From Deinococcus sp. (lineage in GTDB: Bacteria; Deinococcota; Deinococci; Deinococcales; Deinococcaceae), in assembly GCA_965261005.1 (NCBI GenBank), contig OZ253375.1:2560001-2624000 (forward strand): a stretch of 64,000 bases of DNA, in the 5' to 3' direction. Positions 53,735 to 64,000 of this stretch are shown one piece after another (the first letter of the stretch is position 1; the number at the start of each line of letters is the position of its first letter). Made by a program: the position numbers and the translations under genes. The notes under the pieces are model-generated. The model made no database searches and was not told where the DNA came from. It saw only the letters and a list, made by a program, of their open reading frames with translations.

Positions 53735-54153
53735 TGTGGCACCACCAGCTTCAAGTCCGGATAGGAGAGCCGGTAGTGCTGCGGATCGAGGGTCATCAGG
53801 GCGTCGGCCCGCAGGCTGGCGTGGGCGCCGATAGCGAAGTCGGCCAAAAGGCGGCGGGGAAGACCACCGCCCGAAGCGCGTCGCCGTACCGTGTAGCTCT
53901 TGGCAGCGTGGCCCGCCGCGCGCCAAACGACCTCGTCGAGCGTCCAGTCCACCTCAACGCTTGCCAGCGCGAGAGCGTTTGTCAGCGTCGTTTCAGGCAG
54001 ATTGGGATTGCTCAGCAGTTCCGCATAGGTCGCCCCGCAAACGATCAGCGGCCCAGTCTTCTGTGCCCCGAGCAGTGCCCATGCAAGGGCTTCGGCGCTC
54101 GCCTCCTGATTGAATATGGCGCTGAGGATATTGGTATCGAGGGCGGTGGTCAC
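53731..54153 (-). CDS. vapC: PIN-domain toxin
   Basis: TALDTNILS, YAEL, LADFAIGAHA, TLD. Confidence 0.92.
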   Translation of the reverse strand: MTTALDTNILSAIFNQEASAEALAWALLGAQKTGPLIVCGATYAELLSNPNLPETTLTNALALASVEVDWTLDEVVWRAAGHAAKSYTVRRRASGGGLPRRLLADFAIGAHASLRADALMTLDPQHYRLSYPDLKLVVPQ

Positions 54154-54377
54154 TCGTCAGGGTCGCGGATGCTGCGAACCCACTCCACGGCGGTCATACC
54201 ATCAGGTAATGGCGCAATGCCGATCCAGGCTAGAAACGGGTTGACCTCATCCCGCACGGGCCGGAGCAACCAGCCATCGTCCTGCTCGATGAATTCCACC
54301 TCGCCGCTCCCGCCCAGCTTTTCCCGAACTTCCGGCGGCAGGGCGTGCAAGACTTCCGGGCTGAGCTTGGTTCGCAT
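54150..54377 (-). CDS. AbrB-like antitoxin (type A)
   Basis: SD AAGGAG, then MRTKL...LPPEVREKLG...NPFLAWIGIAPLPDGMTAVEWVRSIRD. Confidence 0.8.
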   Translation of the reverse strand: MRTKLSPEVLHALPPEVREKLGGSGEVEFIEQDDGWLLRPVRDEVNPFLAWIGIAPLPDGMTAVEWVRSIRDPDE

Positions 54378-54409
54378 GGCTGTACTCCTTTTTGTGGTCT
54401 CTCGGGCTT

Positions 54410-54832
54410 TCACCGTGGCACGACCAGCTTCAAGTCTGGAAAGGAGAGCCGGTAGTGCTGTGGATCGAGGGTTATCAAGGCGTCGGCCCGTAGGCTGGCG
54501 TGGGCGCCAATCACGAAGTCGGCGAGAATGCGGCGGGGAAGACCACCGCCAGAAGCGCGACGACGTTCCGTATACACTTTGTAGGCTTGCCCCGCCGTGA
54601 ACCAAAAAACCTCATCCGCTGTGAAGTCAGCTTGAATCTTTGTGGCGCTCAGGACCGTTTCTATGACGGTCCGGGTTGCTCCAGGCGACGCGACGAGTTC
54701 TGCATAAGCCGCGCCCGACAACACCAGGGAGCCGTTCCGCCGGGCTTGTAGCAAAGCTATTCGCGCGGCGTCTGCCCTGTTCTCTTGGGTGAGGATCGCG
54801 CTCAAAATGTTGGTATCGAGGGCCGTCCTCAT
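54410..54832 (-). CDS. vapC: PIN-domain toxin
   Basis: TALDTNILS, YAEL, LADFVIGAHA; paralog of 53731..54153. Confidence 0.92.
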   Translation of the reverse strand: MRTALDTNILSAILTQENRADAARIALLQARRNGSLVLSGAAYAELVASPGATRTVIETVLSATKIQADFTADEVFWFTAGQAYKVYTERRRASGGGLPRRILADFVIGAHASLRADALITLDPQHYRLSFPDLKLVVPR

Positions 54833-55089
54833 TCTGGCTGGGTCTGAAGTTCTGTTTCAGGAACGCTATCGTCGCGCATTTCGCGCCAGAACTGCACCAC
54901 GTCTCCCACGCTCGGCAGAATGCCGACAAACTGGGCGAAGGGGTCATCCTCTTGGGCGTGGACGGGCCTTAATAACCATCCCTCATCCCGTAAGACAAAC
55001 TCCACCTGATCACCTTTATGTAGCCCCAAGCGTTCTCGCAATTCTATGGGTAAGGTGATCTGGCCCTTGCTGGTCAACGTCGCCTTCAT
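54829..55089 (-). CDS. AbrB/MazE antitoxin (type B)
   Basis: MKATLTSKGQITLP.ELRERLGL..GDQVEF. Confidence 0.92.
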   Translation of the reverse strand: MKATLTSKGQITLPIELRERLGLHKGDQVEFVLRDEGWLLRPVHAQEDDPFAQFVGILPSVGDVVQFWREMRDDSVPETELQTQPE

Positions 55090-55096
55090 GCAACCT

Positions 55097-55121
55097 CCTT
55101 ACTGAAGTTTAACAGGTAAGG
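55097..55121. promoter_or_regulatory. Probable antitoxin operator
   Basis: Inverted repeat CCTTAC-N13-GTAAGG overlapping the SD of the 55089 gene. Confidence 0.45.
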
Positions 55122-55163
55122 AAGCTGAAAGAGTGATTTAATCTCCGGCAGTTGGGGTGGCCT

Positions 55164-55412
55164 TCACTCTTCGTCCGGGTCTCGCAGGCTGCGGACCCAC
55201 TCCACGGCGGTCATACCGTCGGGTAATGGCGCGATGCCGATCCATTTTAAGAAGGGGTTGTCCTCGTCGGTGTAAGGAACGAACATAACGCTTCCGTCGG
55301 TACGTAGCACGACGTTGACCTTCCCGCCGGACTTCAGGCCGAGTTGCTGGCGCAGCTCTTTGGGCAGGTCGAGGAGTCCTTTGGGGGTGACGGCGGCTTC
55401 CATACTTATCAT
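55164..55412 (-). CDS. AbrB-like antitoxin (type A) with no coupled toxin
   Basis: VTPKG.LDLPKELRQQLGL..G...NPFLKWIGIAPLPDGMTAVEWVRSLRD; start 55412 or 55403. Confidence 0.82.
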   Translation of the reverse strand: MISMEAAVTPKGLLDLPKELRQQLGLKSGGKVNVVLRTDGSVMFVPYTDEDNPFLKWIGIAPLPDGMTAVEWVRSLRDPDEE

Positions 55413-55440
55413 CCTGCTGTCAATGATTCTATCGTCGCTT

Positions 55441-55845
55441 CTAAGCCGATTTACTCAATCGGTAGATATAAGCATCTTCTATTAAAACACCGTTTATGTA
55501 ATTATTCGATGCTCTTATACCGGCTATGTCATCAGGACCAGTTCGGACCATCATGCCTAAAATATTTATAAGCTTGTCGTTTGAATCAATCACGCTCACA
55601 TCTTCTAAATCTATTTTTTCTACCCCATAAAAATCTGTTTCGCTTAAATACTTTTGTAAATCTAGGTATGATTTTCTCGGCCCAAAAACTTTCACTTTTG
55701 GAATAGCCAAAATAAGCTTCCACTCCTGAATTTCAGAAAAATAAAACCACATTGCTGCATCAAACTTGAAATTCTCAGAAGAAAGCTTCTTAACGAAAAT
55801 TTCTCCTGCTCTAATTTTACTGTCTACCAGCGTTTCTGTAGCCAT
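55441..55845 (-). CDS. Low-GC hypothetical protein, partner of the HEPN gene
   Basis: AT-rich 134-aa ORF overlapping the HEPN 3' end by 22 nt. Confidence 0.65.
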   Translation of the reverse strand: MATETLVDSKIRAGEIFVKKLSSENFKFDAAMWFYFSEIQEWKLILAIPKVKVFGPRKSYLDLQKYLSETDFYGVEKIDLEDVSVIDSNDKLINILGMMVRTGPDDIAGIRASNNYINGVLIEDAYIYRLSKSA

Positions 55846-56258
55846 TGTAACACCCCGTTCTCTTGATCGGTAATCGCTTTATACAAATCCTCGGCTTCAA
55901 GCTGATTCCTAAGTTCGTATCTGCTGGTCTCTCTCCATTGAGCAACTACTGCCCAATTGACCGCAAAATCTTCATTAGCAATTCTCTCCTCGTCGAGTTC
56001 TGGGCGAAGACCAGCAAGACCTATTAGCTGCGTAAAATCGTGTGTGTAACTGTCTAACGCACGTTTCCTATCAGGAAAGTCATACTCTCGCGTTTGTTTA
56101 GCTATGGAAGCTTTCAGAGCACACTCTATAGCATACCCGGCAATATAATATGCTCCTGAATAGCGTTCCGTTCTCACCAACTGCTCTGCGTCTAATATTC
56201 GCTCTTGAGAAAGATTTTGGAGGGCACTTCTATTGAGAGATGTAAACGGTCCTGTCAT
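55824..56258 (-). CDS. HEPN-domain protein
   Basis: DAE.L....RYSGAYY.AGYAIECALKA, THDF..L, W...RY. Confidence 0.82.
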   Translation of the reverse strand: MTGPFTSLNRSALQNLSQERILDAEQLVRTERYSGAYYIAGYAIECALKASIAKQTREYDFPDRKRALDSYTHDFTQLIGLAGLRPELDEERIANEDFAVNWAVVAQWRETSRYELRNQLEAEDLYKAITDQENGVLQWLQKRW

Positions 56259-56279
56259 GGTGTAACTTGAATTGTATCA

Positions 56280-57842
<1,563 letters not shown>

Positions 57843-57899
57843 GTGGGGTCAGTCTAGTGCGCGGGCCTCATATCGCCCCTCTATGCTGAAAAGACTCCG

Positions 57900-58490
57900 A
57901 TGCGAACCTTGACTTTCTTGGTGGCGCTGACCATCGGCGGTGTCGCCGGCGCGCAAACCACCCACGACCACATGACCATGCCCGGCATGTCAGGTATGTC
58001 GAGCATGTCCCCGCTCGACCTGGCCCACTTCGGCGACCTGGAGACCCTGAGCGGCCCGACCTTCGAGCGCGCCTACCTGTCCATGATGATCGAACACCAC
58101 CGGTTGGCCCTCGACATGACGCGCGCCGCCTTGCCGCGTCTAAAGGATCCCCAAGTGAAGAAATGGGCCGAGCAAGTCCTGCTGGCCCAGGGCAGCGAGA
58201 TCACCGAGATGACCGCCCAGCTGCGCGACTTCAACCTGGGCAGCTTGGACAAGGGGCGGCAGGCGACCATGCGCGCGGCGATGGGCGGCATGCTGGAGGC
58301 CATGAACACGCCCAACCCCGACGAGGCCTGGGTCACGAACATGCTGGCCCACCACGCGATGGGCGTGACGATGGCGACCCTCGCCATCTTGCGAGCGGAC
58401 GACGACCGCGTGCGCCAGGAGGCCGCCGGCATCGCGCGGGCGCAGGCCCAACAGATGTACGAGTACCGCCGCTGGACACCGGGAAGCTGA
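57900..58490 (+). CDS. DUF305/CopM-like Met/His-rich secreted protein
   Basis: Signal peptide; MIEHH..AL.M and MLAHH motifs; Q..EI.EM. Confidence 0.85.
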   Translation: MRTLTFLVALTIGGVAGAQTTHDHMTMPGMSGMSSMSPLDLAHFGDLETLSGPTFERAYLSMMIEHHRLALDMTRAALPRLKDPQVKKWAEQVLLAQGSEITEMTAQLRDFNLGSLDKGRQATMRAAMGGMLEAMNTPNPDEAWVTNMLAHHAMGVTMATLAILRADDDRVRQEAAGIARAQAQQMYEYRRWTPGS

Positions 58491-58516
58491 CGCCGTGTTG
58501 GTCGGGATACAGCGGC

Positions 58517-58753
58517 TGAGCTGCCCCGTTACCGAGAGTGAGACGGGGCCATTTTCAAGAGGCCACCGTCAGCACGTCCGCCCAAACTTAAACCGCGAGG
58601 CGTCCGGCGTTGAAGACCTGGTCTTGCTCGGGTTGCTTGGAGGGCGAGTTCAGGCCGATTCAGATTGGCGACGGAATGACAGCCTGCGGGCAACACACCG
58701 CCGAATTCAAGCAGGAAGCCGTGCGGCTGATCCGGACCACGGGCAACGGGTAA
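58517..58753 (+). mobile_element. IS3-family left-end remnant
   Basis: TGAGCTGCCCC end motif at 58517; 58676..58753 encodes MTACGQHTAEFKQEAVRLIRTTGNG*, typical of the OrfA N-terminus. Confidence 0.65.
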
Positions 58754-58797
58754 ACAAGGGACCGTGGAAGAGGTCGAACTTCCCGGCCGCTCAATCT

Positions 58798-58826
58798 AAG
58801 TGGCCGTCGTTGCACGACGGCCACTT
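58798..58826. terminator. Perfect hairpin downstream of the MarR gene
   Basis: AAGTGGCCGTCGT-tgc-ACGACGGCCACTT. Confidence 0.55.
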
Positions 58827-58844
58827 GCCGCGGCGTGAGGCCAC

Positions 58845-59285
58845 TTAAGGAAGCGGGCTTTCGCCTGTGGCTTCCGCGCCCCCGAGGCGCCGCAACAGGT
58901 CCAGCAGCAGCGGGCGTTCCGCCCCCGATAGGGGCGCGAACGAGGCCGCGAACACCTCGTTGGCGACCGCTTGGCCCGCCCGCAGAATTCGCTCACCGGC
59001 GGGCGTCAGGTGATGCTCGATGCGCCGCCCCCGGCCCGGCCTGCGCTCGATCAAACCCTGGGCGACCAGACGGCCCGCGAGGGTGCCGAAGGCCTGATCC
59101 GTCTGAAAGGTCAACCCGGCCAGCGCGGCCAGCGCGTGGGCCGAGGCGCCGGGCAGGCCGCTGATGGCCCGCAGGGCGTCCCACTGGGCCAGCGTCGTGC
59201 CCACCTCGGCCAGCCCAGCGTCGAGCGCCCGGTGCTGGCGGTACTGCGCTCGCTTCACGGCCCGTCCCAACGTCTGCAACTCCAC
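58845..59285 (-). CDS. MarR-family regulator
   Basis: TLAQW.AL.AI, RLVAQGLIER, LT.AG; divergent from a hydrolase-cupin pair; IR TATATCA-N6-TGATATA at 59317-59336. Confidence 0.88.
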   Translation of the reverse strand: MELQTLGRAVKRAQYRQHRALDAGLAEVGTTLAQWDALRAISGLPGASAHALAALAGLTFQTDQAFGTLAGRLVAQGLIERRPGRGRRIEHHLTPAGERILRAGQAVANEVFAASFAPLSGAERPLLLDLLRRLGGAEATGESPLP

Positions 59286-59421
59286 GACCTCATGCTGGCA
59301 AAACTGTAAGCTTGCTTATATCAACTTACTGATATAGGCTGTGAGAACGCAGGAGGTTAATAAGACAAGGACCGGCCGCTCGCCCACCGACGCAGGCTCT
59401 CGACCCCGAAAGGAAGCCCCG

Positions 59422-60210
59422 ATGACGAGTTCCATGACCCACCCCGTCGATTTACATTTGAACCTTCAGGTCATGCTCAGCGAGGCGGGCCGTGGGCGGC
59501 CCGCCCTGATTTTGCACGGCGGCGGCGGCCCAGCCACGGTCGCGAGCATCGCGGGACACCTGGCTTCCGACATGCGCACCCTCACCCCGACCCACCCCGG
59601 TTGGAACGGCACGCCCCGCCCCGACTGGCTCTCGGGCGTGAACGACCTGGCCACGCTTTATCTGGCGTACTTGGAGGACCACAACCTGCGCGACGTGTTG
59701 ATCATCGGCTCCTCTATCGGGGGCTGGATCGCCGCCGAGATGGCGGCGCGTGACGGCGCGAACCGGGTCAGCGGCCTGATCCTGGTAGACGCGGTGGGCA
59801 TCGAGGTCGAGGGGCAGCCCATCCGCGACTTCTTCACCTTGGACGCGCGTGGCGTCGCCGAGTACGCTTGGCACGACGCGGCACGCTTCTACGTGGACCC
59901 GGCCACGGTGCCCCCCGAGCGGGCCGAGCAGCAGCGGGCCAACATGGCGACCATGCGGGTCTTCGCGGGCGACCCCTACATGCACGACCCCATGCTGCTC
60001 GGCCGCCTGAAGCGCATTCGGGTGCCGACCCTGGTCGTGTGGGGCGACAGCGACCGCATCGTGACGCCCGCGTACGGCGCCGTTTATGCCGGCGCCATTC
60101 CCGGCGCCCGCTTCGAGGTCGTTCAGGACGCCGGACACCTGCCACACCTGGAGCGGCCGGCGGCCACCTTCGCGCTGATCGACGCCTACCTCAAGGAGCG
60201 CACAACATGA
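59422..60210 (+). CDS. Alpha/beta hydrolase
   Basis: LHGGGG, GSSIGG nucleophile elbow, WGDSD, AGHLPHLE. Confidence 0.9.
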   Translation: MTSSMTHPVDLHLNLQVMLSEAGRGRPALILHGGGGPATVASIAGHLASDMRTLTPTHPGWNGTPRPDWLSGVNDLATLYLAYLEDHNLRDVLIIGSSIGGWIAAEMAARDGANRVSGLILVDAVGIEVEGQPIRDFFTLDARGVAEYAWHDAARFYVDPATVPPERAEQQRANMATMRVFAGDPYMHDPMLLGRLKRIRVPTLVVWGDSDRIVTPAYGAVYAGAIPGARFEVVQDAGHLPHLERPAATFALIDAYLKERTT

Positions 60211-60740
60211 CCGAGACAACGGTCCGGCGGCCCGCCCCCTTCGTCCTGGCCAACGATGACGCGCCCGCGTACTGGAAGGACGGCGCGCTGTGGCTGATCC
60301 TGGCCGCCGCCGACCGGACTCAGGGCGTCTTCACCATGCTCGAACAGCTGATGCCGGGGGGTGGCGGCCCGCCGTCACACGTTCACGAGCGGGTGTACGA
60401 GGTCTTTTACCTGCTCGGCGGTGAGATCACCTTTCAGGTCGGGAACGAGACCATTCGGGCGGGCGCGGGGGCGACGGTCTGGATTCCGCCCGGCACGCCG
60501 CACAGTTTCCGGATCACCTCCGAGACGGCGCGGGCGCTGAACATATACGTGCCGGGCGGCTTCGACGACAACATCAGCTCGCTCGAAACCCCGGCCACGG
60601 CGCGCACCCTGCCGCCCCCGGAAGCGATGAAGCCGCCGACCCCCGAGCAGGAGCAAACCTTTGACGCGCGCCTGCGCGACCTGCATATGCAGACCTGGCT
60701 GCCGCAGCCGCGCCTGCCCTCCGACGACGGTCACACGTGA
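60207..60740 (+). CDS. Cupin-domain protein (quercetin dioxygenase-like)
   Basis: PPSHVHERVYEVFYLLGG, IPPGTPHSF; ATGA-coupled. Confidence 0.85.
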   Translation: MTETTVRRPAPFVLANDDAPAYWKDGALWLILAAADRTQGVFTMLEQLMPGGGGPPSHVHERVYEVFYLLGGEITFQVGNETIRAGAGATVWIPPGTPHSFRITSETARALNIYVPGGFDDNISSLETPATARTLPPPEAMKPPTPEQEQTFDARLRDLHMQTWLPQPRLPSDDGHT

Positions 60741-61199
60741 ACCGGCCGAGCGATACGGCTTCCGCCGGACGTACCTTGCGCGTTTCCGAGCGGGGGCGCG
60801 CCGCAACGCTGGGGCAGAAGGTGAGCGGGCACTCGAAACGCGCCATCAGATCGGAGGAAAACGGCCGTTGATCACAAACCGGGCCGGTCCATGCCGCTCA
60901 CTTGCGGGCCGACCAGCACGTCTACGCCTTGCTCAACCTGCCGCTCAGGACGCCCTCGCCAAACGGATGGACCGCCTGCGCACGAAGGACGGCGGGGTGA
61001 CCACCACGCCTCAGCGGATTTGGTTTTGAAGTCTTGTCGCGTTCCCCGTAAGGCAGGGATACCGCCCTCGGAATGTCCGCGACCTTGGAGAGTCGGCCAG
61101 CGTCAGCGTCAGACGCCCCACGCTGGTTAAGCTCCGCTACGCTCAATTCACAAAGGCTGCCGGCAAGGTCGTTCGCCGGCAGCCTGGGAAAAGCGGTTC

Positions 61200-63974
61200 T
61201 TACTTCGCTGGCGGTCCCGCCGTCACGACCAGGATGTTGGCCGGGTCGAGCAGTTCCTTTGCCACGGCGTTCACCTGCTCCAGCGTCACGGCGTTCAGCT
61301 TGGCCTGGTAGTCGCGCAGCTCCGTTTGCGGCAAGCCGAGGAGGGCGTTCCCGGTGTAGGCCCCAGCCAGGTTGTCGGGATCGGCGAGGCCGACGGCGTA
61401 GCCGCTCAGCAGCGACTTCTTGGCGGTCTCGACTTCGGCCGGCTTGAGGCCGTTCTCGCGCACGTCGCTTAGCAGGGCCAGGGTGGCCTGGACCGCCTTG
61501 CCCGCGTCGCCGGGAGCGGTTTGCAGGGCGACCAGGAAGGCGCCGGGGTGCAGGCTGGCCTGAAAGGCGCTCGATATCCCGTAGGTCAGGCCGGCGCGGT
61601 CGCGGACCTCGCTGCCCAAGCGGCTCGACAAGGTGTCGCCGCCGACCACCTGGTTGAGAACTTGCGCGGCGTAGAAGCGCGGGTCCTTGCGGCCCAAGGT
61701 GGTGGGGTAGCCCAGGTAGGTGACGCTCTCGGTCTTGCCCGCCAGGTCGCGCGTCACGCGCACAATACCCTTCGGCGCGGGTGCGGGTGGGTAGGTCACG
61801 CTGGGGGCCGTCCCCTCGGCCTTCCAACTGCCCAGCTTCTCGGTCAGCAGGGCCTTGAGGGTTGCCGGGTCGAAGTCGCCCACGAAGCTGAGAATGGTCG
61901 TGTCGGGGCGGTAGTGGGCGTTGTAGAAAGCCTGCAAATCGGCGTCCGTCAGGGCCGCCACGCTCGCTTGGCCGGCAAAGGGATGAAAGGGGCTGCCGGC
62001 GGGGTAGAGGGTCTGCTGGAAGACTTTCTGAGCCACGCTGCCGGGGCTGTCCTCGCTCCCCTTGAGGCCCTGGAGGGTGCGCGCCTGCGACAGCTGGAAC
62101 TCGTCCGCCGGAAAGCTGGCGTTCTTCAGCACGTCGGCCAGCACGTCCACCATGACCGGCAACGCCTGCGCGGTGCTGACGCCGCCGAGGCTCACCTGAT
62201 AGCGGCTGGCGCTGGCGCTCAGGCTCACGCCGTTGTCGTCGAGCAGGTTGCCGATCTGATCTGCGCTGCGCGTTTTCGTGCCGCTCAGCAAGTTGCCGGC
62301 CACCAAGTCGGCCAAACCGGCTTTGACGTCCCCATCGAACTCGCGCCCGGCGATGACGGCGCCGCTGAGGGACACGCTGGGGGTGGCCGCGCTGCGCTGC
62401 AAGAAGATTCGCAGGCCGTTGGGCAGGGTGACTTGCTCGGGCAGGGCCACCTCGGTTTGGCCGGGCGGCGGAAAGGCGGGCAGGTACTGGGCCACCTCGG
62501 CGGGGTCCACCGGGGGACCGGCGTTGAAGCTCTCGGTCGTCTGGCTGGTGTTGGCGGCGGGGGCGGGCGCGCCCTGGGCCGCTTCCGTCGGCTCGAAGTA
62601 GCCGACCGTGCGCTTGTCTTGGGCCAGGTAGGTTTGGGCCACCCGCCTGACGCCCTCGGCGCTGACCTTGTCAATGGCCGCCAGGAACTCGTCGGTGTAG
62701 CGGAAGTCGTTGGCGGTGGTCGCGTCTATGCCGAGCTGCTGGGCTTGGTCCGTGATCGAGCGGCTGCCCAGCAGCGCGTAGGCCCGGATCAGGGTCTTGG
62801 CGCGCTTCAGTTCGCCCGCGCCCACCAGGTTCTGCTGCAACTCGGCGACCGACTTCAGGTAGGCCTGGTCCACCGCCTGCAAGCTCTTGCCGGGGGCGGG
62901 CGTGAAGCTGACGTCGTACCAACCGCCGCCCAGAAACTGGTTGGGCGAGGTGCCGCCCCCCGCCGCGAGGCCGCTCTGAAAGAGCGACTGGTACAGCCGC
63001 GAAGAGCGCCCCGACAGCAGGATGAAGTCCATCACCTTGAGAGGGGCCGTGTCCTGGCTCTTGATGCTCGGCAGCGGGTAGACCGCGTTCAGAATGGGTG
63101 TGGCGCCCGGCTCCCTCAGCACGATGGGGTCCTTGGCCGCCGGGCTGTTCAGGGTCGCTTCCGGCCCTTGCGGGGCCGAACCTTGAGCGCTCAGTGGGGC
63201 CGAGACCGTCACCGGCTGGGTGCCCGGCGCGCCGAGGTTCCCAAAGAGCCGCTGCACGGTCAGCAGCATCTCGGGGGTCTTGAAGTCGCCCACGATCACC
63301 AAGGTCGCGTACTGCGGGGCGTAGTACTGCTGGTAGTAGGCGCGCACCTTGTCGGCGCTGAAACCCTCGATGTCGGCCTTGGTGCCGCCCACCGTCAGGC
63401 CGTAGGGGGAGTTTGGAAAGGCGGCGCGCTGCACCGCGCGGCTGAGGCGGTAGGCCGGGCTGTTCTCGTTGCCCTGAATCTCGGACAGCACCACCTTGCG
63501 CTCGGAGGCCAGCTTTTCCGGGTCAATCTGGGAGGCGCGCATCCGGTCGGCCTCCAGCGTCAGCAGGGCCGTGGCCTTTTCGCGCTGCACCGTGCCGTAG
63601 TAGCCGGTCTGATCGTAGGAGGTAAAGGCGTTGGACTGCGACCCGAGCGCGTTGAACAGCCGCCCGAACTGAATGGGACGGTCCGCCGTGCCCTTGAACA
63701 TCATGTGTTCGAGCTGGTGGGCGATGCCGTTGACGCCGGGGGCCTCGTTGCGCGAGCCGATCTTGTAGTAGACCTGCACGGTCACGACCGGGGCGGCGTG
63801 GACCTCCTTGGTCAGCACCGTGAGGCCGTTGGGCAGCACGGTGCGGCTGACGCTCGCCGTCGTGAGCAGCGGCACGGCCGCCTGAGTGGAGGTTTGGGCG
63901 TGGGCGAGGGTGAGCGTCAAGGGCAGCGCGGCCCAAAGAGCGGTGCGGGGGCCGGCCAGCCAAAGTGTATTCAT
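61200..63974 (-). CDS. Secreted M16 (pitrilysin-like) zinc peptidase
   Basis: Signal peptide; HQLEH inverted zinc motif, NAFTSYD, second inactive half with SRL..EVRD..GLTY. Confidence 0.93.
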   Translation of the reverse strand: MNTLWLAGPRTALWAALPLTLTLAHAQTSTQAAVPLLTTASVSRTVLPNGLTVLTKEVHAAPVVTVQVYYKIGSRNEAPGVNGIAHQLEHMMFKGTADRPIQFGRLFNALGSQSNAFTSYDQTGYYGTVQREKATALLTLEADRMRASQIDPEKLASERKVVLSEIQGNENSPAYRLSRAVQRAAFPNSPYGLTVGGTKADIEGFSADKVRAYYQQYYAPQYATLVIVGDFKTPEMLLTVQRLFGNLGAPGTQPVTVSAPLSAQGSAPQGPEATLNSPAAKDPIVLREPGATPILNAVYPLPSIKSQDTAPLKVMDFILLSGRSSRLYQSLFQSGLAAGGGTSPNQFLGGGWYDVSFTPAPGKSLQAVDQAYLKSVAELQQNLVGAGELKRAKTLIRAYALLGSRSITDQAQQLGIDATTANDFRYTDEFLAAIDKVSAEGVRRVAQTYLAQDKRTVGYFEPTEAAQGAPAPAANTSQTTESFNAGPPVDPAEVAQYLPAFPPPGQTEVALPEQVTLPNGLRIFLQRSAATPSVSLSGAVIAGREFDGDVKAGLADLVAGNLLSGTKTRSADQIGNLLDDNGVSLSASASRYQVSLGGVSTAQALPVMVDVLADVLKNASFPADEFQLSQARTLQGLKGSEDSPGSVAQKVFQQTLYPAGSPFHPFAGQASVAALTDADLQAFYNAHYRPDTTILSFVGDFDPATLKALLTEKLGSWKAEGTAPSVTYPPAPAPKGIVRVTRDLAGKTESVTYLGYPTTLGRKDPRFYAAQVLNQVVGGDTLSSRLGSEVRDRAGLTYGISSAFQASLHPGAFLVALQTAPGDAGKAVQATLALLSDVRENGLKPAEVETAKKSLLSGYAVGLADPDNLAGAYTGNALLGLPQTELRDYQAKLNAVTLEQVNAVAKELLDPANILVVTAGPPAK

Positions 63975-64000
63975 AGCGTTCTCCTTGTCCTCAACTCGGG

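Noticed and set aside
60741..61199. ORFs in the 460-bp gap before the M16 peptidase stop
   Set aside because: No convincing start signal or motif; possibly decayed sequence.

Overview
High-GC chromosomal window that looks like Deinococcus/Deinococcota: a LysW-dependent lysine pathway, many leaderless genes with TANNNT just before the start codon, and TA-flanked CGGATTCCG repeats. The backbone carries housekeeping genes (purM, meaB, gatC, serS, malic enzyme, pccB, M16 peptidase). Three accessory structures stand out. (1) 19.2-28.3 kb is a polymorphic-toxin-like island. A ~1056-codon gene (QR-repeat region, DUF4157 HExxH domain, two beta-rich repeats, GH19-like lysozyme, CHAP amidase) is followed by a secreted low-GC putative immunity gene and two headless toxin-tip/immunity cassettes. 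One cassette shares a 767-bp repeat with the main gene. Two IS insertions and two in-frame TAG stops leave only the first immunity gene intact. (2) 36.8-51.0 kb is the lysine cluster (hcs, lysT, lysU, lysV, lysW, lysX, lysY, lysZ, lysJ), interleaved and partly translationally coupled with three PIN toxin-antitoxin pairs, housecleaning enzymes, a MITE and a c-di-GMP-I riboswitch in front of a PadR gene. (3) 52.7-56.3 kb is a dense, module-shuffled TA array (HEPN pair, 4 AbrB-type antitoxins, 2 PIN toxins, Phd/RelE). No rRNA, tRNA or CRISPR array was seen. All calls come from reading the sequence by eye; no database search was run.
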